Source of the DNA: Arcobacter sp.
GTDB lineage: Bacteria > Campylobacterota > Campylobacteria > Campylobacterales > Arcobacteraceae
DNA length: 10,747 bases
Direction: 5' to 3'
Assembly: GCA_965662175.1 (NCBI GenBank)
Contig: CBFIGT010000076.1
Location: forward strand, 1 to 10,747
In this document: piece after piece, positions 1-7,812 of the stretch
Position numbering within the stretch: the stretch's first letter is position 1
Layout of the letters: each line of letters starts with the position of its first letter
Program-made: the position numbers and the translations under genes
Notes under the pieces: model-generated
What the model was told of the DNA's origin: nothing
What the model saw: only the letters and a program-made list of their open reading frames with translations
The model's database searches: none

Positions 1-1872
1 AAACTTATCTCAGGAAGTGGTAGAGAGTTTTATTACTCAAAAGGAATAATTGCAGCTGTTGTAGAAGTTGGTACTAGAAATATTAGTGATTATATGAGTG
101 ATATGAATGAAAACTTAAGAGAGCATATTCCAGCGCTTTTAGCGGCTGTTAAAGAGATAAAAAACTACTCTAAAACTAACTCTGTAAAAAGAGTTAACTC
201 TTTTGAGATTACTGAAATTGGTTCACATCATGTTGATTTAAAATGGGATTATGAGATAAATAAAGATCTATTTTTTGAGATATATAGAAGTGAAAAAGAT
301 AAAAACTTTTGTAACTCTTCAAACCTAATAGCTAGAACTAAAAACTTAACATTTAGTGATATTAATCTTACATCAAATAGAGATTATTATTATAATATAA
401 GAGTTGTAAATAAAAAAACAGGGGAGAAATCACCTTTTTATCCACAAATTAAACTTAGAACCGATTGTGATTATGATGAGTTTAGTAGAACATATTATGC
501 AACATCAAAAGAGACAGGATATGTTGCTGAAAACCTAAATAACAACGCTTCACATTTTGGTGTTAATTCACTTTTTGTTGGAGTTGATGAAAATAAGGGT
601 ATTTCTTATGCAATAGTAACTGTAAATTTAAAATCACTTCCCCAAAATGCTATTATTAAAAATGCCTCTATAAATTTATATCCAATAAATAGAGTTTCAA
701 CTACTATTGAAAAATATGGTGAGTGGAATGTTGGAATAGTTAATCAAGAGACTATGGGAGATATTACTAATTTTGATGATGTTGATGAGATGGATATTCT
801 TGAGTATGTTGGAAAACCTACTCAATCACATCAATTAACACAAGGAATTTGGAGAACATGGAGTTTTTCTGGAATTGAGTGTAAAGCTCTTCAAGAAGTA
901 ACACAAAAGTTTGGTAAAGTTGTATTTAGAATTGAGGGACCAAAAGAGTTAATTATTGGAAGAACAAGACAAATGATGCAGTGGGATATAGGTTATGGTA
1001 AATTTGGTTATGGATTACCTTATAGACCAAGACTTGAAATAACTTATACCATAAAACCAACTATTACAGAACTCTTTCCAAAAGCTGTTTATACAGTATC
1101 TAAAGACTCTGTTAAAGCTGATGAAATTACAGCAGGTTATGATGCTGATGGTAAAAAAATATATTCAACTTTTGAATTTAATCTATCATCACTACCACCA
1201 TATAATGATACTATGATAACAAAAGCATATTTTGAACTAAACTCAACAAAAATCTATATCAAAGATGATATTAGATTCCATCTTGAGTTTGTAGATGAGG
1301 GAATTGATCAAGATTTTGAATCTATAGCAAATAGAGAAATAATTCAAAATATTGGTTATGATGTAAGTGCAAATGAACTTAAAAACAATCAAACTCAATA
1401 TTTCCCATTTGATACCTTTGCTGAGATTACTTTAAATGAAAAATTAAAAACAAAATCAGACATATCCTTTGTATTAAAACCAACCTCTTCTAAAAGAAGT
1501 ACAAAAGATAAAAGTGTATCTTGGGAGGTTAAAAACCAAGCACTTTGTCCAAAACTTATAATTGAACATATTCCAAAAAGAAGATTTCCTTTGCCAAAAG
1601 TGACTAATGCAAAACTATCACAAGAGAATGGAAAAATAAAACTAACTTGGGATAATCCAAAAGAGGATGGACTAAAAGGTGTTAAAGTTATTAAAAATGC
1701 CTATAGAGTTCCCTACTCTACCCATGATGGTCAAAAACTTTATGCAGGTATGGATGAGTATACCTTTGATGATTTTGGTGCAAAAGATATAAATAAATAT
1801 TATGCACTATTTACTTATGATGAAGTTCCAAACTACTCAGAACCTGTAATAATAGAATATAAAGCAAAATAG
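1..1872 (+). CDS. 5'-partial multidomain protein: C-terminal end of a probable M14 zinc carboxypeptidase domain, Fn3-like domain, two DNRLRE-like beta domains, C-terminal Fn3-like domain
   Basis: Frame 1 has no stop from base 1 (KLISGSGREFYYSKGIIAAVVEVGTRNISDY-MSDM...), so the ATG at 94 is probably internal. SGSGREFYYSKGIIAAVVEVG resembles the M14 'G.s.dw.y..gi.s.t.E' segment carrying the catalytic Glu. Fn3 hallmarks: VDLKWD...FEIYRS...FSDINLTSNRDYYYNIRVVN and IKLTWDNP. DNRLRE-like motifs: VNLKSLPQNAIIKNASINLY and FNLSSLPPYNDTMITKAYFEL. The zinc ligands would lie outside the window. Confidence 0.75.
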   Translation, partial: KLISGSGREFYYSKGIIAAVVEVGTRNISDYMSDMNENLREHIPALLAAVKEIKNYSKTNSVKRVNSFEITEIGSHHVDLKWDYEINKDLFFEIYRSEKDKNFCNSSNLIARTKNLTFSDINLTSNRDYYYNIRVVNKKTGEKSPFYPQIKLRTDCDYDEFSRTYYATSKETGYVAENLNNNASHFGVNSLFVGVDENKGISYAIVTVNLKSLPQNAIIKNASINLYPINRVSTTIEKYGEWNVGIVNQETMGDITNFDDVDEMDILEYVGKPTQSHQLTQGIWRTWSFSGIECKALQEVTQKFGKVVFRIEGPKELIIGRTRQMMQWDIGYGKFGYGLPYRPRLEITYTIKPTITELFPKAVYTVSKDSVKADEITAGYDADGKKIYSTFEFNLSSLPPYNDTMITKAYFELNSTKIYIKDDIRFHLEFVDEGIDQDFESIANREIIQNIGYDVSANELKNNQTQYFPFDTFAEITLNEKLKTKSDISFVLKPTSSKRSTKDKSVSWEVKNQALCPKLIIEHIPKRRFPLPKVTNAKLSQENGKIKLTWDNPKEDGLKGVKVIKNAYRVPYSTHDGQKLYAGMDEYTFDDFGAKDINKYYALFTYDEVPNYSEPVIIEYKAK

Positions 1873-1890
1873 TTTTAAACTATTTTGCTT
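1862..1890. repeat. Perfect 14-bp inverted repeat overlapping the stop codon; possible terminator hairpin or operator
   Basis: aagcaaaatagttt (1862-1875), t, aaactattttgctt (1877-1890). The arms are exact reverse complements. No clear U-tract follows on the + strand. Confidence 0.8.
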
Positions 1891-1892
1891 CC

Positions 1893-1921
1893 TTGCAATT
1901 TTAATCTCTACAAGATATAAT
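1893..1921 (+). promoter_or_regulatory. Putative sigma70 promoter for the gamma-CA gene
   Basis: TTGCAA (1893-1898), 17-bp spacer, TATAAT (1916-1921). RBS-like AGGA at 1944-1947 precedes ATG 1955. Confidence 0.65.
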
Positions 1922-1954
1922 TTAATCCAATTAATTTAAAATTAGGAATATTAC

Positions 1955-2455
1955 ATGATACTAAAATTTAAAGAGTTTTATCCAGAGATTCATCCAAGTG
2001 CTTGGATTGCTCCAAGTGCTGATTTAATAGGTAATATAAAAATAGGTGAAGATTCATCTGTTTGGTTTGGTTGTGTTATTAGATCAGATGTTAATGAAGT
2101 AAGAATAGGAAAAAATACAAATATTCAAGATTTATCTTGCATACATACAGATACAAATACAAAAACAATTCTTGGTAATAATGTAACAATTGGCCATAAA
2201 GTTATGCTACATGGCTGTAAAATAGAAGATAACTGTTTAATAGGTATGAGTGCTACAATTTTAGATAATGCGGTTATTGGAGAGGGTTCAATTGTTGGTG
2301 CAAACTCACTTGTAACTTCAGGTAAAGTTTTTCCTCCAAGAAGTCTTATAATGGGAAGTCCTGCTAAAGTTGTAAAAGAGTTAAGCCAAGAAGATGTTGA
2401 TGGGCTTATTGCTCATGCAGGACACTATGTTGAGTATAAAAATGAATATAGATAA
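1955..2455 (+). CDS. Gamma carbonic anhydrase family protein (YrdA/CaiE/PaaY-like, left-handed beta-helix)
   Basis: 166 aa with hexapeptide repeats. Motifs LIGNIKIGEDSSVWFGCVIRSD, NIQDLSCIH and TIGHKVMLHGC contain the three metal-ligand His typical of gamma-CA. Also has GSPAKVVKEL near the C-terminus. Confidence 0.93.
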   Translation: MILKFKEFYPEIHPSAWIAPSADLIGNIKIGEDSSVWFGCVIRSDVNEVRIGKNTNIQDLSCIHTDTNTKTILGNNVTIGHKVMLHGCKIEDNCLIGMSATILDNAVIGEGSIVGANSLVTSGKVFPPRSLIMGSPAKVVKELSQEDVDGLIAHAGHYVEYKNEYR

Positions 2456-2471
2456 GTAGGTTTACCCTACT
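2455..2471. terminator. Small hairpin at the convergent junction; possible weak bidirectional terminator
   Basis: agtagg (2455-2460) and cctact (2466-2471) form a 6-bp stem with a 5-nt loop between convergent stops 11 bp apart. The stem is short and has no good U-tract. Confidence 0.3.
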
Positions 2472-3582
2472 CTTCTATACATGGAAAAGTCATAATAAAC
2501 TTTAGTCCCTTGCTACTATTTTCAACTTTTAAATTACCCTTTAAACTATTTTTTATAACGAGTTTAACCATATAAAGACCAATTCCTGTTCCTGACTCTT
2601 TTGTGGTAAAGTATGGGTCAAAAAGTTTTTCTAAGTTGTCTTCATCAATTCCACCTGCATTATCACCAATCTCTAAAAAGATAGTAGAATCTTTTTTATA
2701 TGAATTTATCTCAATAACTCTATTTTCAATATCTCTTTCATTATATGCTTGTATAGAGTTAGTTATTAAATTCATAAAAACTTGTGATAGCTCCATCTCT
2801 ACACCCATAATATAATTATCTTCAATATTTAACTTTATATCTACATTATTTTTACCAATTTGAGACTTCATTAAATCCAAAAATCCATCAATAGCTTTTT
2901 TTACTGAAATTTTTACAAAACTCTTTTCTAAAGTAAAAAAACTTAAAAAACTATCAATAGTATCACTCATATGTTTTATCTGTTTTTTTGTATTTATTGC
3001 AAAATCATCAACAGTCTCTTTATCCAACTCATCCATATCATATGAAAATTTTATATCATGGCAATATAAAGAGAGTACATTTAAAGGCTGTTTTAACTGA
3101 TGTGAAATAACACCAATCATTTCACCCATACTAGCCATTTTTGCATTATGAACTAAAAGCTTGTTAGCTTTATCTAATTCATCTGCTGAATTTCTTTTAT
3201 CTTCAAAAATATTAATAAAAACTTTTAATTTTGATGTTAATAAATCATTATCAATAGGTTTTGAAATATACTCAATTACTCCTAAATCATAACCTTTCTT
3301 TTGGTAAGAATCTTTGTCATAAATTCCAGTAATAAATATAACTGGGATATCTTTAGTTTTTTCAATACTTTTAATATAATCCACAAATTGAAAACCATCA
3401 ACATCTGGCATTTGTATATCACTTAAAATAAGGTCAACCTTATTTGTCATCAATAAAGATATGGCATCTTGAGCATTTAAAGCTGTAAAAATTTTCACAT
3501 CAAAACTATCTTCAATCATTAACTTCAAAGAGTAGATATTTTCTTCCACATCATCTAAAACTAAAATACTAAATTTATCCAT
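2467..3582 (-). CDS. Cytoplasmic hybrid response regulator/histidine kinase (REC-HisKA-HATPase_c)
   Basis: Canonical REC: ILVLDD, LILSDIQMPDVDG, PVIFIT, YISKP. H-box GVISHQLKQPLN, N-box QVFMNLITNS, G1 DNAGGI, F/G2 FDPYFTTKESGTGIGL. No TM segment and no DNA-binding domain. AGGA upstream. Confidence 0.93.
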   Translation of the reverse strand: MDKFSILVLDDVEENIYSLKLMIEDSFDVKIFTALNAQDAISLLMTNKVDLILSDIQMPDVDGFQFVDYIKSIEKTKDIPVIFITGIYDKDSYQKKGYDLGVIEYISKPIDNDLLTSKLKVFINIFEDKRNSADELDKANKLLVHNAKMASMGEMIGVISHQLKQPLNVLSLYCHDIKFSYDMDELDKETVDDFAINTKKQIKHMSDTIDSFLSFFTLEKSFVKISVKKAIDGFLDLMKSQIGKNNVDIKLNIEDNYIMGVEMELSQVFMNLITNSIQAYNERDIENRVIEINSYKKDSTIFLEIGDNAGGIDEDNLEKLFDPYFTTKESGTGIGLYMVKLVIKNSLKGNLKVENSSKGLKFIMTFPCIEE

Positions 3583-3613
3583 TTTTTCTTTCCTATATTA
3601 ATTTAAATTTTAT

Positions 3614-5431
3614 TCAAATAAGTTTTGAATAATCAGCATCCTCTAAAGGCTTTTTGAGTTCTAAAATAACTCTATTTAATACTCTTTTATCAATATCTTT
3701 TTCACTTAAAGCGATAATATTATTAATATTGTTTTTTTCAATAAGTAAAATATCATCTTCACTTAAACTATCAATATCAATTATTAGTTTTAAATCATTA
3801 CTCTTTATATCACTTAAGTTTGAAATCTGTTTGATTTTTTTATTTTGATTTTTAAGTTTTATAATTAAATTAATAAAATAAACAGGATTATTATTAAAAA
3901 CAATTAAATCAAAAGGAGAGTTTTCTAGCTTATTAATAATCTCTTTATCTAAATATTTCTCATCAGCTTTATTTAAATCTAAAACTTCTAATCCTTTTAA
4001 TAAATCCTCATTTTTAGGAATTATAAGTGTAAACTCACTTCCTTTATTTACTTGGCTAATAACACTAATATTACCTTTTAAAAGATGGGCTAACTCTTTA
4101 CAAATTGATAATCCCAGTCCTGTACCACCATACTTTCTAGTGGTACTTCCATCTACTTGTTTAAATCTATCAAAGATATGTTCTAGTTTATCTAAAGGTA
4201 TTCCAATACCTTGGTCTTTGATTTTAATAGAGATATCTTTTCCTAAATCTTCTATAATCATAGAGATTTTGCCATTGTGTGTAAACTTTAAAGAGTTACT
4301 TAAAAGATTTTTTATAATCTGTTTTAATCTATCACTATCACTATAAATATTTATTAACTTATCATCAATAGTTAAAATAAATTCAATATTCTTTTCCAAA
4401 GTTTGGGGATAAAACATGTCATATATACCATTAAAAAACTCTTTTACATTGATATTATCATTATTTAATAGAATCTGACCAGCTTCTAGTTTTGATAAAT
4501 CTAAAATATCATTAATTAAAAATAGTAAATCTTTTCCACACTTATTTATGATTCCTAAATTTTTAATTTGTTTTTCATTTAAATTATTTTCTCTATTTCT
4601 TTTCATAATATCACTAATAACATTTATAGAGTTTAGTGGGGTTTTAAGCTCATGACTCATATTAGCTAAAAAGTCATCTTTAGCTTTATTAGCTTGAACT
4701 AATTCAGACTTTTGTTTTCTAAGTATTTTATTTGAATCTTTTAAATCTTTATTTCTTTGAATTAAATTTTCCTGCATTCTATACATGGATTTTGATAAAA
4801 TTCCAATCTCATCTTTTGAGTTAGTAAATGGAATATCAGCTCTAACCTCTTTACCTATTTTTAAAGCAACATCAGAAAGTTTTGTTAGCTTTTTGGTTAG
4901 ATTACTTCCTATAATATAAGATAAGATAGTAGATATTAATATTTCTAAAAATATTATAAGTAGAGTTCTTTGTTTATTATTTTCGATAAACTGAATATTA
5001 GATGAAATATCAAAAATGATATATAAAGAACCTAAATAAATATCATCTTCAAAAAGTTGCTTATAAATTATTTCATAATATTCATCATTAATATGCATAC
5101 TTTTATTCTCTTTTATTTTTAAAAGCGCAGGCATACTTAAATATGGATATGCGAAGTTATCAGCTAAAACTCTGTCGCTATTATCTAAAATAACAACAGA
5201 ATTCATATACTTAGTTGAGTTATCAACCAAGTCATCTAAGGCAGCCATATCATATATACTAATAGGTACCTTAACTAATTGCTCTAAAAATATCGTATTA
5301 GATTCAATTTTTTCATCAATTAATTTTTTCGAACTATTTGATATAGTAATAAAGTTTACAGAAACAATTAATAAAATAAAAAAAATCTCAATTAAGACAA
5401 AAGAGATTATGAAACGATATTTAAATGACAT
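3614..5431 (-). CDS. Membrane sensor histidine kinase (TM, periplasmic domain, TM, HAMP, HisKA, HATPase_c, degenerate receiver)
   Basis: Two hydrophobic segments. HAMP (KLTKLSDVALKIG...SKDEIGILSKSMYRM). ANMSHELKTPLN, NLLSNSLKFT, DQGIGI, FKQVDGSTTRKYGGTGLGL. REC-like tail LIVFNNNP...LIIDID...IIALS...LKKP. Confidence 0.92.
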   Translation of the reverse strand: MSFKYRFIISFVLIEIFFILLIVSVNFITISNSSKKLIDEKIESNTIFLEQLVKVPISIYDMAALDDLVDNSTKYMNSVVILDNSDRVLADNFAYPYLSMPALLKIKENKSMHINDEYYEIIYKQLFEDDIYLGSLYIIFDISSNIQFIENNKQRTLLIIFLEILISTILSYIIGSNLTKKLTKLSDVALKIGKEVRADIPFTNSKDEIGILSKSMYRMQENLIQRNKDLKDSNKILRKQKSELVQANKAKDDFLANMSHELKTPLNSINVISDIMKRNRENNLNEKQIKNLGIINKCGKDLLFLINDILDLSKLEAGQILLNNDNINVKEFFNGIYDMFYPQTLEKNIEFILTIDDKLINIYSDSDRLKQIIKNLLSNSLKFTHNGKISMIIEDLGKDISIKIKDQGIGIPLDKLEHIFDRFKQVDGSTTRKYGGTGLGLSICKELAHLLKGNISVISQVNKGSEFTLIIPKNEDLLKGLEVLDLNKADEKYLDKEIINKLENSPFDLIVFNNNPVYFINLIIKLKNQNKKIKQISNLSDIKSNDLKLIIDIDSLSEDDILLIEKNNINNIIALSEKDIDKRVLNRVILELKKPLEDADYSKLI

Positions 5432-5439
5432 AGTTTTAG

Positions 5440-6222
5440 TTATTTAACTCCAATTTCTCTAATAGCATCATACTCTTTTGTTTGTGTTACAATAAAATCT
5501 TTAATACTAAGAATTTTTTTAATATCAGCTGGCATATCTAAAAATGCTTTTTGAATTTTCTCAATAGTCTCTTTTGAAACTCTTGGATGAAAAGCAATAG
5601 GATGACTTGGATATGCACTTGTTTTATAAACAATATTTATTTTATCTTTATCATTTTTATCTAAAAAATTATTATATGTTCTAATAATTCCACCACCTAA
5701 ATAACCAATATCTCTAGAAATACCTTTATAAACTGAGTCATGAGAGTTTACATACATTACTTTTGCATCTTTATCAACATCAAAACCAAATTTTTGTTTT
5801 AATTCAAATTTTGTTAATAGAGTAGCTGCAAAAGCATTAGGCGCTGGAAATAAAAATGTTTTTCCTTCTAAATTCTCTTTTGTAAACTCAACTTTTTCCT
5901 CTTTTGCTAATAAAATACCTACAATATTTTTCTTAGCCCTAATAAAAGCTTCATACTTTTGTTCATTATTTGCAACAATAAAATGATAAGGATTCATATA
6001 AGCAATATCATATTTTCCTGAATATAACTCTTTTTCAAAAAAAGGAATAGATTTTTCAGTTTTGAAAATTACATTAACTCCTGTAGCTTTTTGTAAATAA
6101 TCAGTTACTTTAATCCATTTTTTTGATAACTTCAGTGGACTTTGTTGAGGAACAACACCTAAAATTAAATCTTGCCCAAAGGCAAATACACCTAAAATCA
6201 GAATTAAAAAAATTCTTTTCAT
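5440..6222 (-). CDS. PhnD-like (phosphate/phosphite/phosphonate-binding family fold) periplasmic substrate-binding protein, ligand unknown
   Basis: Start reassigned from 6243 to ATG 6222: AAGGAG at 6233-6228 precedes it, and MKRIFLILILGVFAFG is a signal peptide (260 aa). Motifs LILGVVP, DIAYMNPYHF, LEGKTFLFP, SHDSVY and YPSHPIAFHPRV match the PhnD-type class II PBP pattern. Confidence 0.85.
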   Translation of the reverse strand: MKRIFLILILGVFAFGQDLILGVVPQQSPLKLSKKWIKVTDYLQKATGVNVIFKTEKSIPFFEKELYSGKYDIAYMNPYHFIVANNEQKYEAFIRAKKNIVGILLAKEEKVEFTKENLEGKTFLFPAPNAFAATLLTKFELKQKFGFDVDKDAKVMYVNSHDSVYKGISRDIGYLGGGIIRTYNNFLDKNDKDKINIVYKTSAYPSHPIAFHPRVSKETIEKIQKAFLDMPADIKKILSIKDFIVTQTKEYDAIREIGVK

Positions 6223-6263
6223 TAAAACTCCTTGTAATATCAACTCTTTAAAGATTATTTTTC

Positions 6264-6272
6264 ATTTTATCA
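6264..6272 (-). promoter_or_regulatory. Putative extended -10 promoter (TGnTAAAAT) for the PBP, kinase and REC-kinase sub-operon
   Basis: The minus strand reads TGATAAAAT about 40 bp upstream of ATG 6222, in the largest gap of the array (6223-6296). Extended -10 elements are typical of Campylobacterota sigma70 promoters, but AT-richness lowers specificity. Confidence 0.45.
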
Positions 6273-6296
6273 TTTACTATCTTTGAAGAAGTTTTT

Positions 6297-7811
6297 TTAT
6301 AATTCTAACTTCTTTAAACTCTCTAATAAATCTAAATTTTTTGAAAATACGAACTCAAACTTACTACCTTTGTCAAGTTCACTTGATACATAAACATCTC
6401 CTTTTAACAACATTGCTAACTCTTTACATATTGCTAAGCCTAATCCTGTACCTCCATATTTTCTGGTAGTACTTCCATCTACTTGTTTAAATCTATCAAA
6501 TATATGCTCTAATTTATCTTTTGGTATTCCTATACCCTCATCTTCTACTATTATTCTTATATTCTCTTTATCATCTTTTACTACTAGGCTTATTCTTCCC
6601 TTTTCTGTAAACTTAAGTGCATTTGATAATAGATTCTTTATTATTTGTTTTATTCTATCTTCATCACTATAGATACTCTCTAGACTCTCATCTATTTTCA
6701 TTACAAAATCTATATTTTTCATTTTTGTTTGTGGATAAAACATATCATAAATTGAACTCATCAAATCTTTTAGATTTATGCTACTATTATTTACTATTAT
6801 TTGTCCTGCTTCTAATTTTGACAAATCAAGCACATCATTTATCAAAAACAGCAAATCTTTCCCACACTTATTTATTATTTGCAAATTCTTTACTTGTTTC
6901 TCATCAAGTTTACCTGACCTATTTTTTGCCATTACATCACTTATTACATTTATTGAGTTTAGTGGTGTTTTTAATTCATGACTCATATTTGCTAGAAAAT
7001 CATCTTTCGCTTTATTAGCTTTTATTAACTCATTTTTTTGATCTTCTAATTTATTTTTTTGAATTTCTCTAATCATGGTAAGCTGTTGCATATTAATATA
7101 AGCTTCGTTGATTCTTTTTGACATTTTATTAAAAGTATTAGCTAGTTTTTGAAGCTCATTTTTTTTCATTTTCTTAGTATTTATCTCAAAAATTTCATGC
7201 TCAACAACATCAAATCTTTTTGTTGCATCTATTATTTCATTAAGAGGCTCAATCAAATACTTACCTGTAAATATAAAAAATAGAACCCAAAGAATTATCA
7301 TACTAGCAATTAAGTTTATTAATATTAAAACAATTGACTCTTTAAGTGATGCAAATATCTCACTATTTTTCATAAATAGAGTTATAGAAGCATATTTTTT
7401 ACCAAAGGCTAATAACTCTATTTTATAACTAAGGAAATCTCCTGTAGTAATAATTTTATCAATTTGATTTTCACTTTTTTTATACTCTAAAGGAATTTCA
7501 CCATTGGAGAAGCTAAATGCATCTTTATAATCTTTTATTAGTATACCTGAGATATTTGTAGTAGCAAAAATTGTATTTGACAACTCTTGTAATTCAAAAC
7601 TATTTTCACTAATTATATGTTTAGTAAAGAGATTTTTATAAACTTTTTCAATTTTTTTTAAAGAGTTTACACTCTCTTTTTTAGAATTGCTATATTCTGA
7701 AAAGATTTGATAAAAAATAAAAATTATTACAAAAATAAAGTAAGTAATATATACTTTTTTGAAAAGCATAAAACCAATACTATTTTTATAATTCTTCAAA
7801 AAGTTAGACAT
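6297..7811 (-). CDS. Membrane sensor histidine kinase (TM, periplasmic domain, TM, HAMP, HisKA, HATPase_c), no receiver tail
   Basis: Two TMs. HAMP (IEPLNEIIDATKRF...NELQKLANTFNKM). H, N, G1, F and G2 boxes intact. Ends shortly after the HATPase domain. ATG is 1 bp after the upstream stop (TAA-T-ATG). Confidence 0.92.
   Translation of the reverse strand: MSNFLKNYKNSIGFMLFKKVYITYFIFVIIFIFYQIFSEYSNSKKESVNSLKKIEKVYKNLFTKHIISENSFELQELSNTIFATTNISGILIKDYKDAFSFSNGEIPLEYKKSENQIDKIITTGDFLSYKIELLAFGKKYASITLFMKNSEIFASLKESIVLILINLIASMIILWVLFFIFTGKYLIEPLNEIIDATKRFDVVEHEIFEINTKKMKKNELQKLANTFNKMSKRINEAYINMQQLTMIREIQKNKLEDQKNELIKANKAKDDFLANMSHELKTPLNSINVISDVMAKNRSGKLDEKQVKNLQIINKCGKDLLFLINDVLDLSKLEAGQIIVNNSSINLKDLMSSIYDMFYPQTKMKNIDFVMKIDESLESIYSDEDRIKQIIKNLLSNALKFTEKGRISLVVKDDKENIRIIVEDEGIGIPKDKLEHIFDRFKQVDGSTTRKYGGTGLGLAICKELAMLLKGDVYVSSELDKGSKFEFVFSKNLDLLESLKKLEL
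6354..7013. repeat. Direct repeat copy A (660 bp) encoding the HisKA-HATPase core
   Basis: Manual alignment with 8209-8868 (offset 1855) is ungapped, with mismatches only at 6780/8635, 6974/8829, 6999/8854 and 7008/8863. Confidence 0.97.
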
Positions 7812-7812
7812 A

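Noticed and set aside
94..96. ATG 94 as the start of the first gene
   Set aside because: No RBS precedes it, and the frame is open with peptidase-like sequence back to base 1.
2603..4346. Short plus-strand ORFs 2603..2815, 3654..3848 and 4140..4346
   Set aside because: They lie entirely antisense within well-supported kinase genes and have no recognisable motifs.
5440..6222. Naming the gene phnD or aioX
   Set aside because: No phnCE or aio genes are nearby, the STSG loop is missing and there is no Cys. Only fold-level similarity is supported.
6223..6243. TTG start at 6243 for the binding protein
   Set aside because: The extension contains the AAGGAG RBS itself. ATG 6222 gives a proper signal peptide.
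6292..7659. A/T homopolymers (e.g. T7 at 6292-6298, T8 at 7652-7659) as phase-variation tracts
   Set aside because: Runs of this length are expected at this AT content. Reading frames are intact and no long poly-G/C tracts occur.
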